Of a DNA stretch of 42,590 nt, positions 35,497 to 42,590 are shown one piece after another (within the stretch, counting starts at the first letter, position 1; the number at the start of each line of letters is the position of its first letter). The notes under the pieces were generated by a model that was not told the DNA's origin, made no database searches, and saw only the letters and a list, made by a program, of their open reading frames with translations. Source of the stretch: Bdellovibrionota bacterium FG-1 (lineage in GTDB: Bacteria; Bdellovibrionota; UBA1018); the NCBI GenBank assembly GCA_051382295.1, contig JBBCAW010000066.1, positions 1-42,590 on the forward strand, written 5' to 3'. The translations under genes were made by a program, and so were the position numbers.

Positions 35497-36297
35497 TTAA
35501 TATTGGGTGTTGTGGCACTCAAGTGCGATGCACTGTGCTCCAGATTGCTGTTCACAGTTGTAGATCACATCGAGCATCAGATCTTGGGGATCAAATACGC
35601 GCGTATCACTGAAAATGCGGCCAAACTCATCTTGGGCCGAGCATTCGTACGCCCATTGCGGGTAATAAGTCGGATAGGTGATGTACGGGTATGGACGCCA
35701 TGGGTAGGCATGTGGCCACCAGCCGTGACCTTCGTACCAACCGCCGAAGCAGCCAGGGTACCAATCGGTGCGGCCAGGGTATGGATGCCAGCCAGGGAGG
35801 CCCGAATGACCGGGGTGCCAACCTGGGTGACCAGGATTATATCCGCCAGGTTGGCCAGGGTGCCAGCTAGGATTGCCAGGATGGCCGGGGTAACCAGGGT
35901 GATAACCGCCACCGGGATTGCCTGGAGCAGGGTGATAACCACCACCGGGATTGCCTGGAGCAGGGTGATAACCACCGCCGGGATTGCCTGGAGCAGGGTG
36001 ATAACCACCGCCGGGATTGCCTGGAGCAGGGTGATAACCACCGCCGGGATTGCCTGGAGCAGGATGGAATCCGCCACCAGGATGACCACCACCACCGGGA
36101 TTGCCGGAGTGACCGCCGCCGCCACCATGAGGGGCCGCAACAACGCTGTCGGTTTCGAGTTGATTTCCCAAATCAGCGGCGAGGGCTTCACCGGCTGGCG
36201 CGAACTGGTCATCTTGTTGGATTTCAACCGAATCGGCAGCTTGTGCCGTAAAACCTACGGCAGATACCGCCATAAGCACAGCAAAGTACTTTCTCAT
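35497..36297 (-). CDS. Secreted Gly/Pro/His-rich repeat protein with C-terminal Cys domain
   Basis: AGGAGG RBS, signal peptide ending AQA, GGGYHPAPGNP repeats, W/Y/P-rich segment, C-terminus with four Cys. Confidence 0.8.
   Translation of the reverse strand: MRKYFAVLMAVSAVGFTAQAADSVEIQQDDQFAPAGEALAADLGNQLETDSVVAAPHGGGGGHSGNPGGGGHPGGGFHPAPGNPGGGYHPAPGNPGGGYHPAPGNPGGGYHPAPGNPGGGYHPAPGNPGGGYHPGYPGHPGNPSWHPGQPGGYNPGHPGWHPGHSGLPGWHPYPGRTDWYPGCFGGWYEGHGWWPHAYPWRPYPYITYPTYYPQWAYECSAQDEFGRIFSDTRVFDPQDLMLDVIYNCEQQSGAQCIALECHNTQY
35896..36060. repeat. Five tandem 33-bp coding repeats
   Basis: Unit AGGGTGATAACCrCCrCCGGGATTGCCTGGAGC starting at 35896, 35929, 35962, 35995 and 36028, with a degenerate sixth at 36061. 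Confidence 0.95.
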
Positions 36298-36472
36298 AAT
36301 TATGCCTCCTAAATTTGCCTGATTTTTTCAGGGTCGCGGCTGCTAGGTAACGCCTTAGACGCGTGGGGTCAATTGAATAAATAGTTTATTCCGAAATGCG
36401 AATAACGCACCATTGCTTGCGGCGCCGCAACCGACCTGTTTTGTCAGGCAGTAGACTGGGGAATCCACTTCT

Positions 36473-36907
36473 TTACATTTTAGACTCGGACTCACGTTGT
36501 TGCTCAAGGACCTTGGAAATCTCTACTGCCGAGATCAATTTTCCTTTGCCGACACCGGGGCAAAAGTTCTCTACCTCGCTGACCCAACTTTTTGCGCCCA
36601 TCACGGCCGGCCAAAAGGGCCAGGTGCGACATTGTGTTGGCCGCGCTTCGTAGATGCTACAGCTGTTTTTTTTGAGAAAACGACATTCCTCTGCGTTGGG
36701 ATCCATTTTTAGATGATAATAGCCGGAGGTTTTTTCGCAGTAGATGGCAGTAAAACGGTGAGTCGGAATCTTGAAAAATAGCGCAAATCGCCGGCGATCC
36801 TCCAAGGTCAGATAGACAAACCCATATTGCCCACGAAAAAGGCAGCATCGGCCAGAACCTTGGCACTCGAAACGAATTCCTTCAGACCACCATTTTTTTG
36901 AATGCAT
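36473..36907 (-). CDS. YkgJ-family cysteine-cluster protein
   Basis: GIRFECQGSGRCC, CRFL, CSIYEARPTQCRTWPFWP, CPGVG. Confidence 0.9.
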   Translation of the reverse strand: MHSKKWWSEGIRFECQGSGRCCLFRGQYGFVYLTLEDRRRFALFFKIPTHRFTAIYCEKTSGYYHLKMDPNAEECRFLKKNSCSIYEARPTQCRTWPFWPAVMGAKSWVSEVENFCPGVGKGKLISAVEISKVLEQQRESESKM

Positions 36908-37046
36908 AGATAGGCGGAAACCCTAGCTGAGATGAAGCAGGATTTCAACTTTTGAAATGGCCAACTTCTATACATCCGACTAACATCCCAAACTATTCGA
37001 AGCCATAGGTTACCTTCCAATTATTTAATAATACAGGTCGTTCTCA

Positions 37047-37063
37047 CTGGCATGATACCTGCG
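37047..37063 (+). promoter_or_regulatory. Candidate sigma-54 promoter
   Basis: CTGGCATGATACCTGCG with GG at 37049-50 and GC at 37061-62 (-24/-12 spacing). Confidence 0.45.
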
Positions 37064-37324
37064 ATACTCCGAGCTATGTCTTGGCCACAAGTTCAGATAT
37101 TGTCCCACTTTCGTAGGAGCTCACCCCACCCTCGCAGTTTCCGGAGGCGGGTACGGGCGGATGTAAATGATTTTCAGGACCCGTGACAATCTGCCAGCCC
37201 AAGCAGAACAAACAGCAAGAGCGGGGGGCCCTGATTCATTCATGAAGTGTGACATTGTTTCTGCCGTTCCCCTAGGGCGGTTCCTGACAGAATCCATGAA
37301 AGACTCTTTGCCAGAACGTGTTTC

Positions 37325-39343
37325 TTGAAGTATCTACGCGAAATGTCTGGAGTATCCATCAATCGAAACGATTGCGCGGTCTATTTTGATGAGGCTCCGG
37401 CCCCTCTTTGGGTGGGGGATTTTTCGGAGGTCAAGCGATATTTTGACCGCTTGCGCGCGACCCAGGTCTCCGATTTGCTTCTGTATTTTGTTGAACGGCC
37501 GAACGAATTAAAACACTGCGCGGGCCTGGTGCAGGTGGTTGCGGTGAATCGTGCGGCCTTGAAATTTTACGTTGTGTCGCTAGGTGCTCTAGGCCAATGC
37601 TCCGATGAGGCAAAAGCCGTTTTGACGCGGTTTTCAGCCGATGACGAAAATCTCGCTTTTCGGGAAACGCTTTTGGCGCTTGCGAAGGGATTGACGGAGT
37701 ATCGGCACGAACGAGTCCTCACTTCTACGGCGACCGGCGTATCGCGATACGTGTCCATCAGCTGGGCCTTGGTGCAAGGCTTTGAGGGTTCCTGGGAGCG
37801 GTTGAGTTTGTCCGTGGTTCCACACGCTGAGGAGGAGGAGCTGCACGGGCGAGTTTGCCAAAAGCACCTTCGCATGAAGGCCTTTTTTGACTCTCTTCCG
37901 ATGGCGATCGGATTTTCGCGAGAGGGGATCACGGTCGATGCTAATCCCGCTTACGTGCGGCTGTTCGGGTATTCCAGTGTGGACGAATTTCGTGGCACCA
38001 GTATTCTGGGTCAAATCGCACCTCAATGCCAGGCTGACATTCTTGAGCGAATCAAGAAGCGCGCAGCGGGGCATCCTTTGGAAAATTTCTATGAAACGAT
38101 GGGAATTCGTAAAGACGGAACGCAGTTTCCATTTCAGATTACCGTCACTCGCGTGGATTTGGATGAAGGCCCCATGACGATGGTGGCAATTTATGATTTG
38201 ACCGAGATTCGCCATACCGAGGAGGTGCTTCGGAGAAGCCAGAAGGAGCTCGCGCGTGCTCAGGCGATGGGTCACATGGGGAGCTGGGTTCGGGATCTCA
38301 AAACCAATGAAATCCGGCTATCCGATGAAAACTGTCGCATTTTTGGTCTAGCGCCAGGCACTCTGGCGAATTTGGATACCCTTTTCACGCTCATGCATCC
38401 CTATGATATTGAGAACGTGAAGACAGAGCTCAAGAAAGCTCTTCAGCAGGGAGGCTATAGCGCAGAATATCGCATCCTTCGGTCGGACGGGAGCGTGGTC
38501 CATGTCCATTCTGAAGCAGAAGTGGTGCGGGACGCTGACGGAAGCCCCGCCGAACTGGTTGGCATTGTTCAGGATGTCACTGAGTGGGTCCGTCAACAAA
38601 AAGAAAAAGAGGAGATCCTCCGGCTCGAAAAGATTGCGCGGGCCGAGGCGGAAAGAGCGAACAGGAGTAAAGATATTTTTCTCGCCACTCTTTCGCACGA
38701 ACTGCGCACGCCCTTGACCGTGGTTTTGGCGTGGGTGCAGTTGATCCGCTCGGGGCGGATTGCCGGGGAAAGTGTGAACAAAGGTCTTGAAGCCATCGAA
38801 CAGGGCGCGAACCAACAAACGAGGCTGATTGAAGATCTTTTGGATATTTCGCGGATCATCGCAGGTAAGCTTTCTGTAGATATTCGGCCAGTTTCTGCGA
38901 TCGAAGTGATCGAGAACGTGGTGCGATCATTAGAAGTGACGGCTACGACGAAGAATCTCAAGATCCTGAGTGAGCTTGATCCCGAGGTGACAATAGTTCT
39001 GGCTGATCCCGGGAGATTACAACAGATTTTATGGAATCTGCTCGGAAACGCCATCAAGTTTTCTGTGCAAAATGGCACCATTTCGGTGAAATTGCGACGA
39101 ACGGGAGGGCGTCCCGAAATCGTCGTGAGTGACGAGGGTGTGGGAATGGAGTCTGATTTTCTTCCTCATATTTTCGATCGCTTCTCGCAAGAAGAAAATG
39201 TTTCAACTCGGCGCTATGGCGGTTTGGGCCTTGGGGTTGCGATTTTTAAGCATCTCGTTGAACTGATGGGGGGAACGATTCAGGCCGAGAGCGGTGGAAA
39301 GGGCTTGGGTTCCAGCTTCACGGTCTCTTTAAATGATCACTGA
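37325..39343 (+). CDS. Cytoplasmic PAS-domain sensor histidine kinase
   Basis: PAS/PAC motifs (ANPAYVRLFGY, RKDGTQF, EYRILRSDG), FLATLSHELRTPL, NLLGNAIKF, DEGVG, GGLGLG. Start uncertain. Confidence 0.9.
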   Translation: MKYLREMSGVSINRNDCAVYFDEAPAPLWVGDFSEVKRYFDRLRATQVSDLLLYFVERPNELKHCAGLVQVVAVNRAALKFYVVSLGALGQCSDEAKAVLTRFSADDENLAFRETLLALAKGLTEYRHERVLTSTATGVSRYVSISWALVQGFEGSWERLSLSVVPHAEEEELHGRVCQKHLRMKAFFDSLPMAIGFSREGITVDANPAYVRLFGYSSVDEFRGTSILGQIAPQCQADILERIKKRAAGHPLENFYETMGIRKDGTQFPFQITVTRVDLDEGPMTMVAIYDLTEIRHTEEVLRRSQKELARAQAMGHMGSWVRDLKTNEIRLSDENCRIFGLAPGTLANLDTLFTLMHPYDIENVKTELKKALQQGGYSAEYRILRSDGSVVHVHSEAEVVRDADGSPAELVGIVQDVTEWVRQQKEKEEILRLEKIARAEAERANRSKDIFLATLSHELRTPLTVVLAWVQLIRSGRIAGESVNKGLEAIEQGANQQTRLIEDLLDISRIIAGKLSVDIRPVSAIEVIENVVRSLEVTATTKNLKILSELDPEVTIVLADPGRLQQILWNLLGNAIKFSVQNGTISVKLRRTGGRPEIVVSDEGVGMESDFLPHIFDRFSQEENVSTRRYGGLGLGVAIFKHLVELMGGTIQAESGGKGLGSSFTVSLNDH

Positions 39344-40232
39344 GTTTGCCGGTCAATGCCAACCACCTAGCGAAGGGCGAAGGTGAATCGGTATCAATGA
39401 GATCCACGCCGGCATTGAGGGCTTGCGCCCAGACGCTTTCCGTGTCCGGCGCGCCCCAGAAGCGGAATTGGCGGCCCTTGCGGTGGATATCGTCAGCAAG
39501 CCAGTTTAGGAGCTGTTCTTCTGGTCGAGGCATGGGGCCTTCGCCATCCCAGGTGAAAAAATCCTGCCAGTGCAGGCTGTACCAGCGCCATTTGGAATCG
39601 ACTGGAGCGTCATCCAGTTCATAAGTATGGGCGTCCCGGCATGCGAAACGGCGGGCGAAGCGAGTGACGTAGTCATTTTTTGAGCTTCGGTTTCCGGTGA
39701 GGATGACGGTCACCGCTTTTTGCTGAATTTGCGCATCACTGAAAACCGTAAGGAAGGAGTAGTGCTCCAAGAGCGCTTGGAGGGCTGGTCCGATGTGGTC
39801 GTCTGTTTCCTTTAGTTCGAGCCAGAGATAAAACGGTCGTCCGTCTCCGTATACTGAGGCCCGCTGCGCGATCTTGTTTTTCAGGGGTTCTAGATAGAGA
39901 TTCTTGAGTGAGCCGTAAAAAGAAAGTCCGTGGTGCGAGACCAATATTTCGCCATCTCGCAACCAGAGATCCGCTTCGACGCTCGGAAGTCCGCTGTCCA
40001 AGGCGTCGAATAACGGGCGTTTTTGGAGGTAATCATTGTGCGAATGGCCGCCAATCGAGCCACTGAACGGTCGGGTCGAAGCAGGGGCACGTTGAATGGG
40101 GAAGGGATACTCTTGATGGATCACTGGATCGAATAAAGCGACGCCTAGGCAAAGTAGGATCTCGCTGACCAAGCTTAAGCAAGTCAGGAAGAAAAGGTGA
40201 CGCTTAATCAAAAAACCAACGCTCTTTTTCAT
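39318..40232 (-). CDS. PI-PLC/glycerophosphodiester phosphodiesterase-like protein
   Basis: N-terminal TM, HSHNDY, SVEADLW, LVSH, LYLEPL, RFWGAPD, GVDLIDTD. ATG at 40232; the ORF-track extension overlaps rlmF. Confidence 0.8.
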   Translation of the reverse strand: MKKSVGFLIKRHLFFLTCLSLVSEILLCLGVALFDPVIHQEYPFPIQRAPASTRPFSGSIGGHSHNDYLQKRPLFDALDSGLPSVEADLWLRDGEILVSHHGLSFYGSLKNLYLEPLKNKIAQRASVYGDGRPFYLWLELKETDDHIGPALQALLEHYSFLTVFSDAQIQQKAVTVILTGNRSSKNDYVTRFARRFACRDAHTYELDDAPVDSKWRWYSLHWQDFFTWDGEGPMPRPEEQLLNWLADDIHRKGRQFRFWGAPDTESVWAQALNAGVDLIDTDSPSPFARWLALTGKLSDHLKRP

Positions 40233-40329
40233 AGGTACAACCGAAACATTGCTGGTTCTTATTGTATGACTAAAATGATCAACTATATAGGCAAAAAATA
40301 GATTTTCTAAGTGGGTGAATTGCTTTGAA

Positions 40330-41241
40330 TTAAAGGGGCAAGAAGGTCCATGCGACGATTCGACTTTTTTTCTGGCCCTGCGCCATTTCGATCGTTCTGC
40401 TATCGGTGGCCTTTGCCTTCTTGAGCGCGGCATAGACGGTTGGAAGTGTGGACTCCTTTGAGACGAGCGTGGAGAACCACAAAACTCGGGATGAAAACTC
40501 GATACTTTCTTCAATCATCCGGCGTACGAAGGCCGCTTCGCCCCCAGGACACCAGAGTTCGCTTCCGTGGCCCCCGAAATTCAAGCGGGGAGTGAGGCCG
40601 AGGTTCTTCCACTTTCGTTGACTGCCCTTGCGCGCGTCCTCAAGCGAAGCATGAAAAGGGGGATTACAGATCGAAAGATCGAAGACTTCGTCGTTCTGGA
40701 AAAGGCCTTTAAAAATGTTCAAAGGCGATTTTTGTAACCGAAGTTCGATCCCGTTGGAAAGGACTGGGTTCGCTTGCACGATCTGTTTTGCGGAGGCGAG
40801 AGCGATGGGGTCAATGTCAGCGCCGATAAAGTACCAGCCGTATTCGCAATGACCGATGATGGGATAGATACAGTTGGCTCCGACGCCAATATCGAGGACT
40901 CGAACTGAAGCACCGCGCGGGATGATTCCACCGTTCGTGGTGCTCAGCAAATCTGCAATGGAGTGCAAATAATCGGCGCGGCCCGGAACCGGGGGGCAGA
41001 GATAATTGGGGGGGATTTCCCAGGTCGAAATGCCGTAAAAATGCTTTAAAAGCGCCCGATTGAGGCATTTGACTGCCTCCGGATCCGAAAAATCGATAGA
41101 GAGCTTGTGGTAGGGGGTGGTCGAAACAAACGGCGCGAGGTCTGGACTGCTTTTGATGAGTTGCTCGAAGTCGTAATGGCCTTGATGCCGATTACGAGGA
41201 TGGAGGGCTGTCTTGCCCGAGCGCGCGAAAACAGCCCTCAC
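40330..41241 (-). CDS. rlmF: 23S rRNA (adenine1618-N6)-methyltransferase
   Basis: [75 protein letters not shown]. Confidence 0.96.
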   Translation of the reverse strand: MRAVFARSGKTALHPRNRHQGHYDFEQLIKSSPDLAPFVSTTPYHKLSIDFSDPEAVKCLNRALLKHFYGISTWEIPPNYLCPPVPGRADYLHSIADLLSTTNGGIIPRGASVRVLDIGVGANCIYPIIGHCEYGWYFIGADIDPIALASAKQIVQANPVLSNGIELRLQKSPLNIFKGLFQNDEVFDLSICNPPFHASLEDARKGSQRKWKNLGLTPRLNFGGHGSELWCPGGEAAFVRRMIEESIEFSSRVLWFSTLVSKESTLPTVYAALKKAKATDSRTIEMAQGQKKSRIVAWTFLPL

Positions 41242-41244
41242 GTC

Positions 41245-41370
41245 TTACTTCTTTTTGCCGCCGGCTTGCTTTGCGGCTGTGGCCTGCTGCTTCTTTTGGT
41301 CCGCTTTATTGGCCTTCGCTTGTTTCTGGGATGCATTCTTTTTAGCGGACTTTGGAGATTTATCGCCCAT
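41245..41370 (-). CDS. 41-aa Lys/Ala/Gln-rich small protein (below ORF-track cutoff)
   Basis: Hand translation MGDKSPKSAKKNASQKQAKANKADQKKQQATAAKQAGGKKK; GAAAGG RBS upstream; stop 3 nt before the rlmF start. Confidence 0.7.
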   Translation of the reverse strand: MGDKSPKSAKKNASQKQAKANKADQKKQQATAAKQAGGKKK

Positions 41371-41468
41371 GGGGGAATTGCCTTTCGTTTGGAAGCTCGA
41401 GTGACTTGCGGCTTGCTGCAATAGCCAGCCATCAAGTCAACAGAGGATCACCATGTCATATCTGAGGA

Positions 41469-41640
41469 AGGGGCTCCAGGTAAAAAGTGTTGGGGTCGTC
41501 CGTCCTGTCCTCCGCGCGAAGAGCGCATCCGGCGCGCGCGGATACCCTCCCTTTTACGGGGAGCCCCTACGTGGGTGCGGGATCAAGTCCAAATCTAGGG
41601 CTCCCCACTACTCCCCCGATATTTCACCCGCCACGGGCAC
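41469..41640. other. GC-rich structured non-coding element (ncRNA or REP-like)
   Basis: Nested complementary segments AGGGGCTCC/GGAGCCCCT, GTAAAA/TTTTAC, TCCGCGCG/CGCGCGGA, plus an alternative partner TAGGGCTCCCC. Confidence 0.45.
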
Positions 41641-41701
41641 CGTCTCAAAAATGACCCTGTTTGTGGGAGATTCCCCCTGAAAAGGTCTCCTAGAATTCCA
41701 T

Positions 41702-41728
41702 ACCGCCGCAGCGGCGGTGCTATTTTTC
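41702..41728 (+). terminator. Palindromic hairpin or possible terminator
   Basis: ACCGCCGC-A-GCGGCGGT followed by GCTATTTTTC. Confidence 0.4.
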
Positions 41729-41927
41729 ATGAATTTTCATTTGACACGATTTTCGTCCTAAATTTTGGGATAGGTCACCTTGGTTTTTAGAACCTCATAA
41801 AACGGCCGTAAATTGGCCATAATTCAATCAAGTAACCTTGTCTTTAAATAAAAGCCCTCCCGACTCGGTGAAAATCGATCCCTGCGGCACAAAATGCCTC
41901 AAAAAATGCCGTGATATACGCAGTTTT

Positions 41928-42461
41928 ATGAAAACGATTCATTCAGAACTCAAAAACATTTCTTCCGATGAACTCCTCAGTCGAACCAAGAATATCGTCG
42001 CCGAAGAACGCAGGCTTTATGCCACGCAAGGATTTGGTTCGATGTGGGAATTTTGCACTCGCTTCTTGGGCCTAAGCGAAGGATCCGCGCAACGCCGCCT
42101 TGCGGCGATGAGGCTCGCGTACGACGCGCCGGAGGCGAAGGCCGCGCTCGAATCAGGGGCGCTGTCGCTCAGTAATGCCGCAAAAATTCATTCGTTTAGG
42201 CAAAATCAAAAAAAACAGGGTAAAAGCCCCATGCCGGCGCAAGAACTCATCCGACAAGTTGAATCCATGTCCCAACGGGAGTGTGAAGCTAAACTTCATG
42301 AAATTTCGCCCGAGGCGTTGCCTCGGGAACGCGAGCGGATTGTGTCAGCGGAAAAAGAGCATGAGCTAAAAATCGTGATTTCAGACGAAGTTTATCAGAA
42401 TCTCCAGCTCATCAAGGGACTCCTCGCGCACGCTTTCGTTTTCGGGAGTAGAAGCGGCTAG
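41928..42461 (+). pseudogene. Truncated N-terminal part of an HNH-endonuclease-associated (DUF222-like) protein
   Basis: LKNISSDELLSRTKNIVAEER, LYATQGFGSMWEFC..LGLSEGSAQRRLAAMRL, LESGALSLS. The ORF ends shortly after KGLLAH with no HNH motif. Confidence 0.6.
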
Positions 42462-42590
42462 CTCGGTCACTTCAACAACAGTCACGCTTTCGTTTGTGGC
42501 GGCCACCTCTGCCCAAGAACTACGCGCCTATTGCTCGGCCAGGGGTGCGCCGTTCACGCTCGCGCAGACCGGAATTTCGGCGGCGGCCAC

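Noticed and set aside
35896..36060. 33-bp repeats as a CRISPR array
   Set aside because: The units are head-to-tail with no spacers, a multiple of 3 in length, inside a coding region, and no cas genes are present.
35491..36312. Long alternative ORFs over the repeat gene (35491..36312 + and 35577..36227 -)
   Set aside because: They are stop-free by-products of the repeat. Only 36297..35497 has an RBS and a signal peptide.
40233..40514. N-terminal extension of the GDPD-like ORF
   Set aside because: It overlaps rlmF in another frame. The TM-bearing start at 40232 is more plausible.

Overview
Bacterial chromosomal window, roughly 50% GC by eye. The TIGR02147 paralogs, their partner lipoproteins and the HNH-associated remnant suggest Bdellovibrionota/Oligoflexia, which is an inference. 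From left to right: (1) a tandemly duplicated cassette of lipoprotein plus TIGR02147 HTH protein, whose last copy is split by a -1 frameshift at a C_CCA_AAG heptamer; (2) a five-gene, tightly coupled operon resembling the selenium-linked reductive (2,8-dioxopurine-type) purine/urate degradation cluster in an unusual form, with a shortened YgfK lacking the FAD/NAD(P) module, a DpaL(YgeX)-YgeY fusion, a Se-dependent xanthine dehydrogenase-family enzyme, a beta-ureidopropionase-like nitrilase and SsnA, but no hyuA, ygeW or carbamate kinase; (3) an RHH-fused MntA/HepT toxin-antitoxin pair; (4) housekeeping and envelope genes (pseudouridine synthase, tdh-kbl, CBS, radical SAM, a pseudo-histidine kinase, FGE-domain lipoprotein, YceI, LemA-HtpX, phospholipase D and phosphoesterase); (5) an anaerobic respiratory block with two tetraheme cytochromes, NrfD, NrfC-like protein and a receiver protein, then qNor with a divergent Rrf2 and a perfect palindromic operator; (6) a REP/MITE-like element, a Gly/Pro/His-repeat secreted protein, YkgJ, a PAS kinase, a GDPD-like protein, rlmF, an uncalled 41-aa Lys-rich ORF, a structured non-coding element and a truncated gene joined to an FN3-like fragment. 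No rRNA, tRNA or CRISPR array was seen. All family assignments come from motif recognition by eye; no database search was run.
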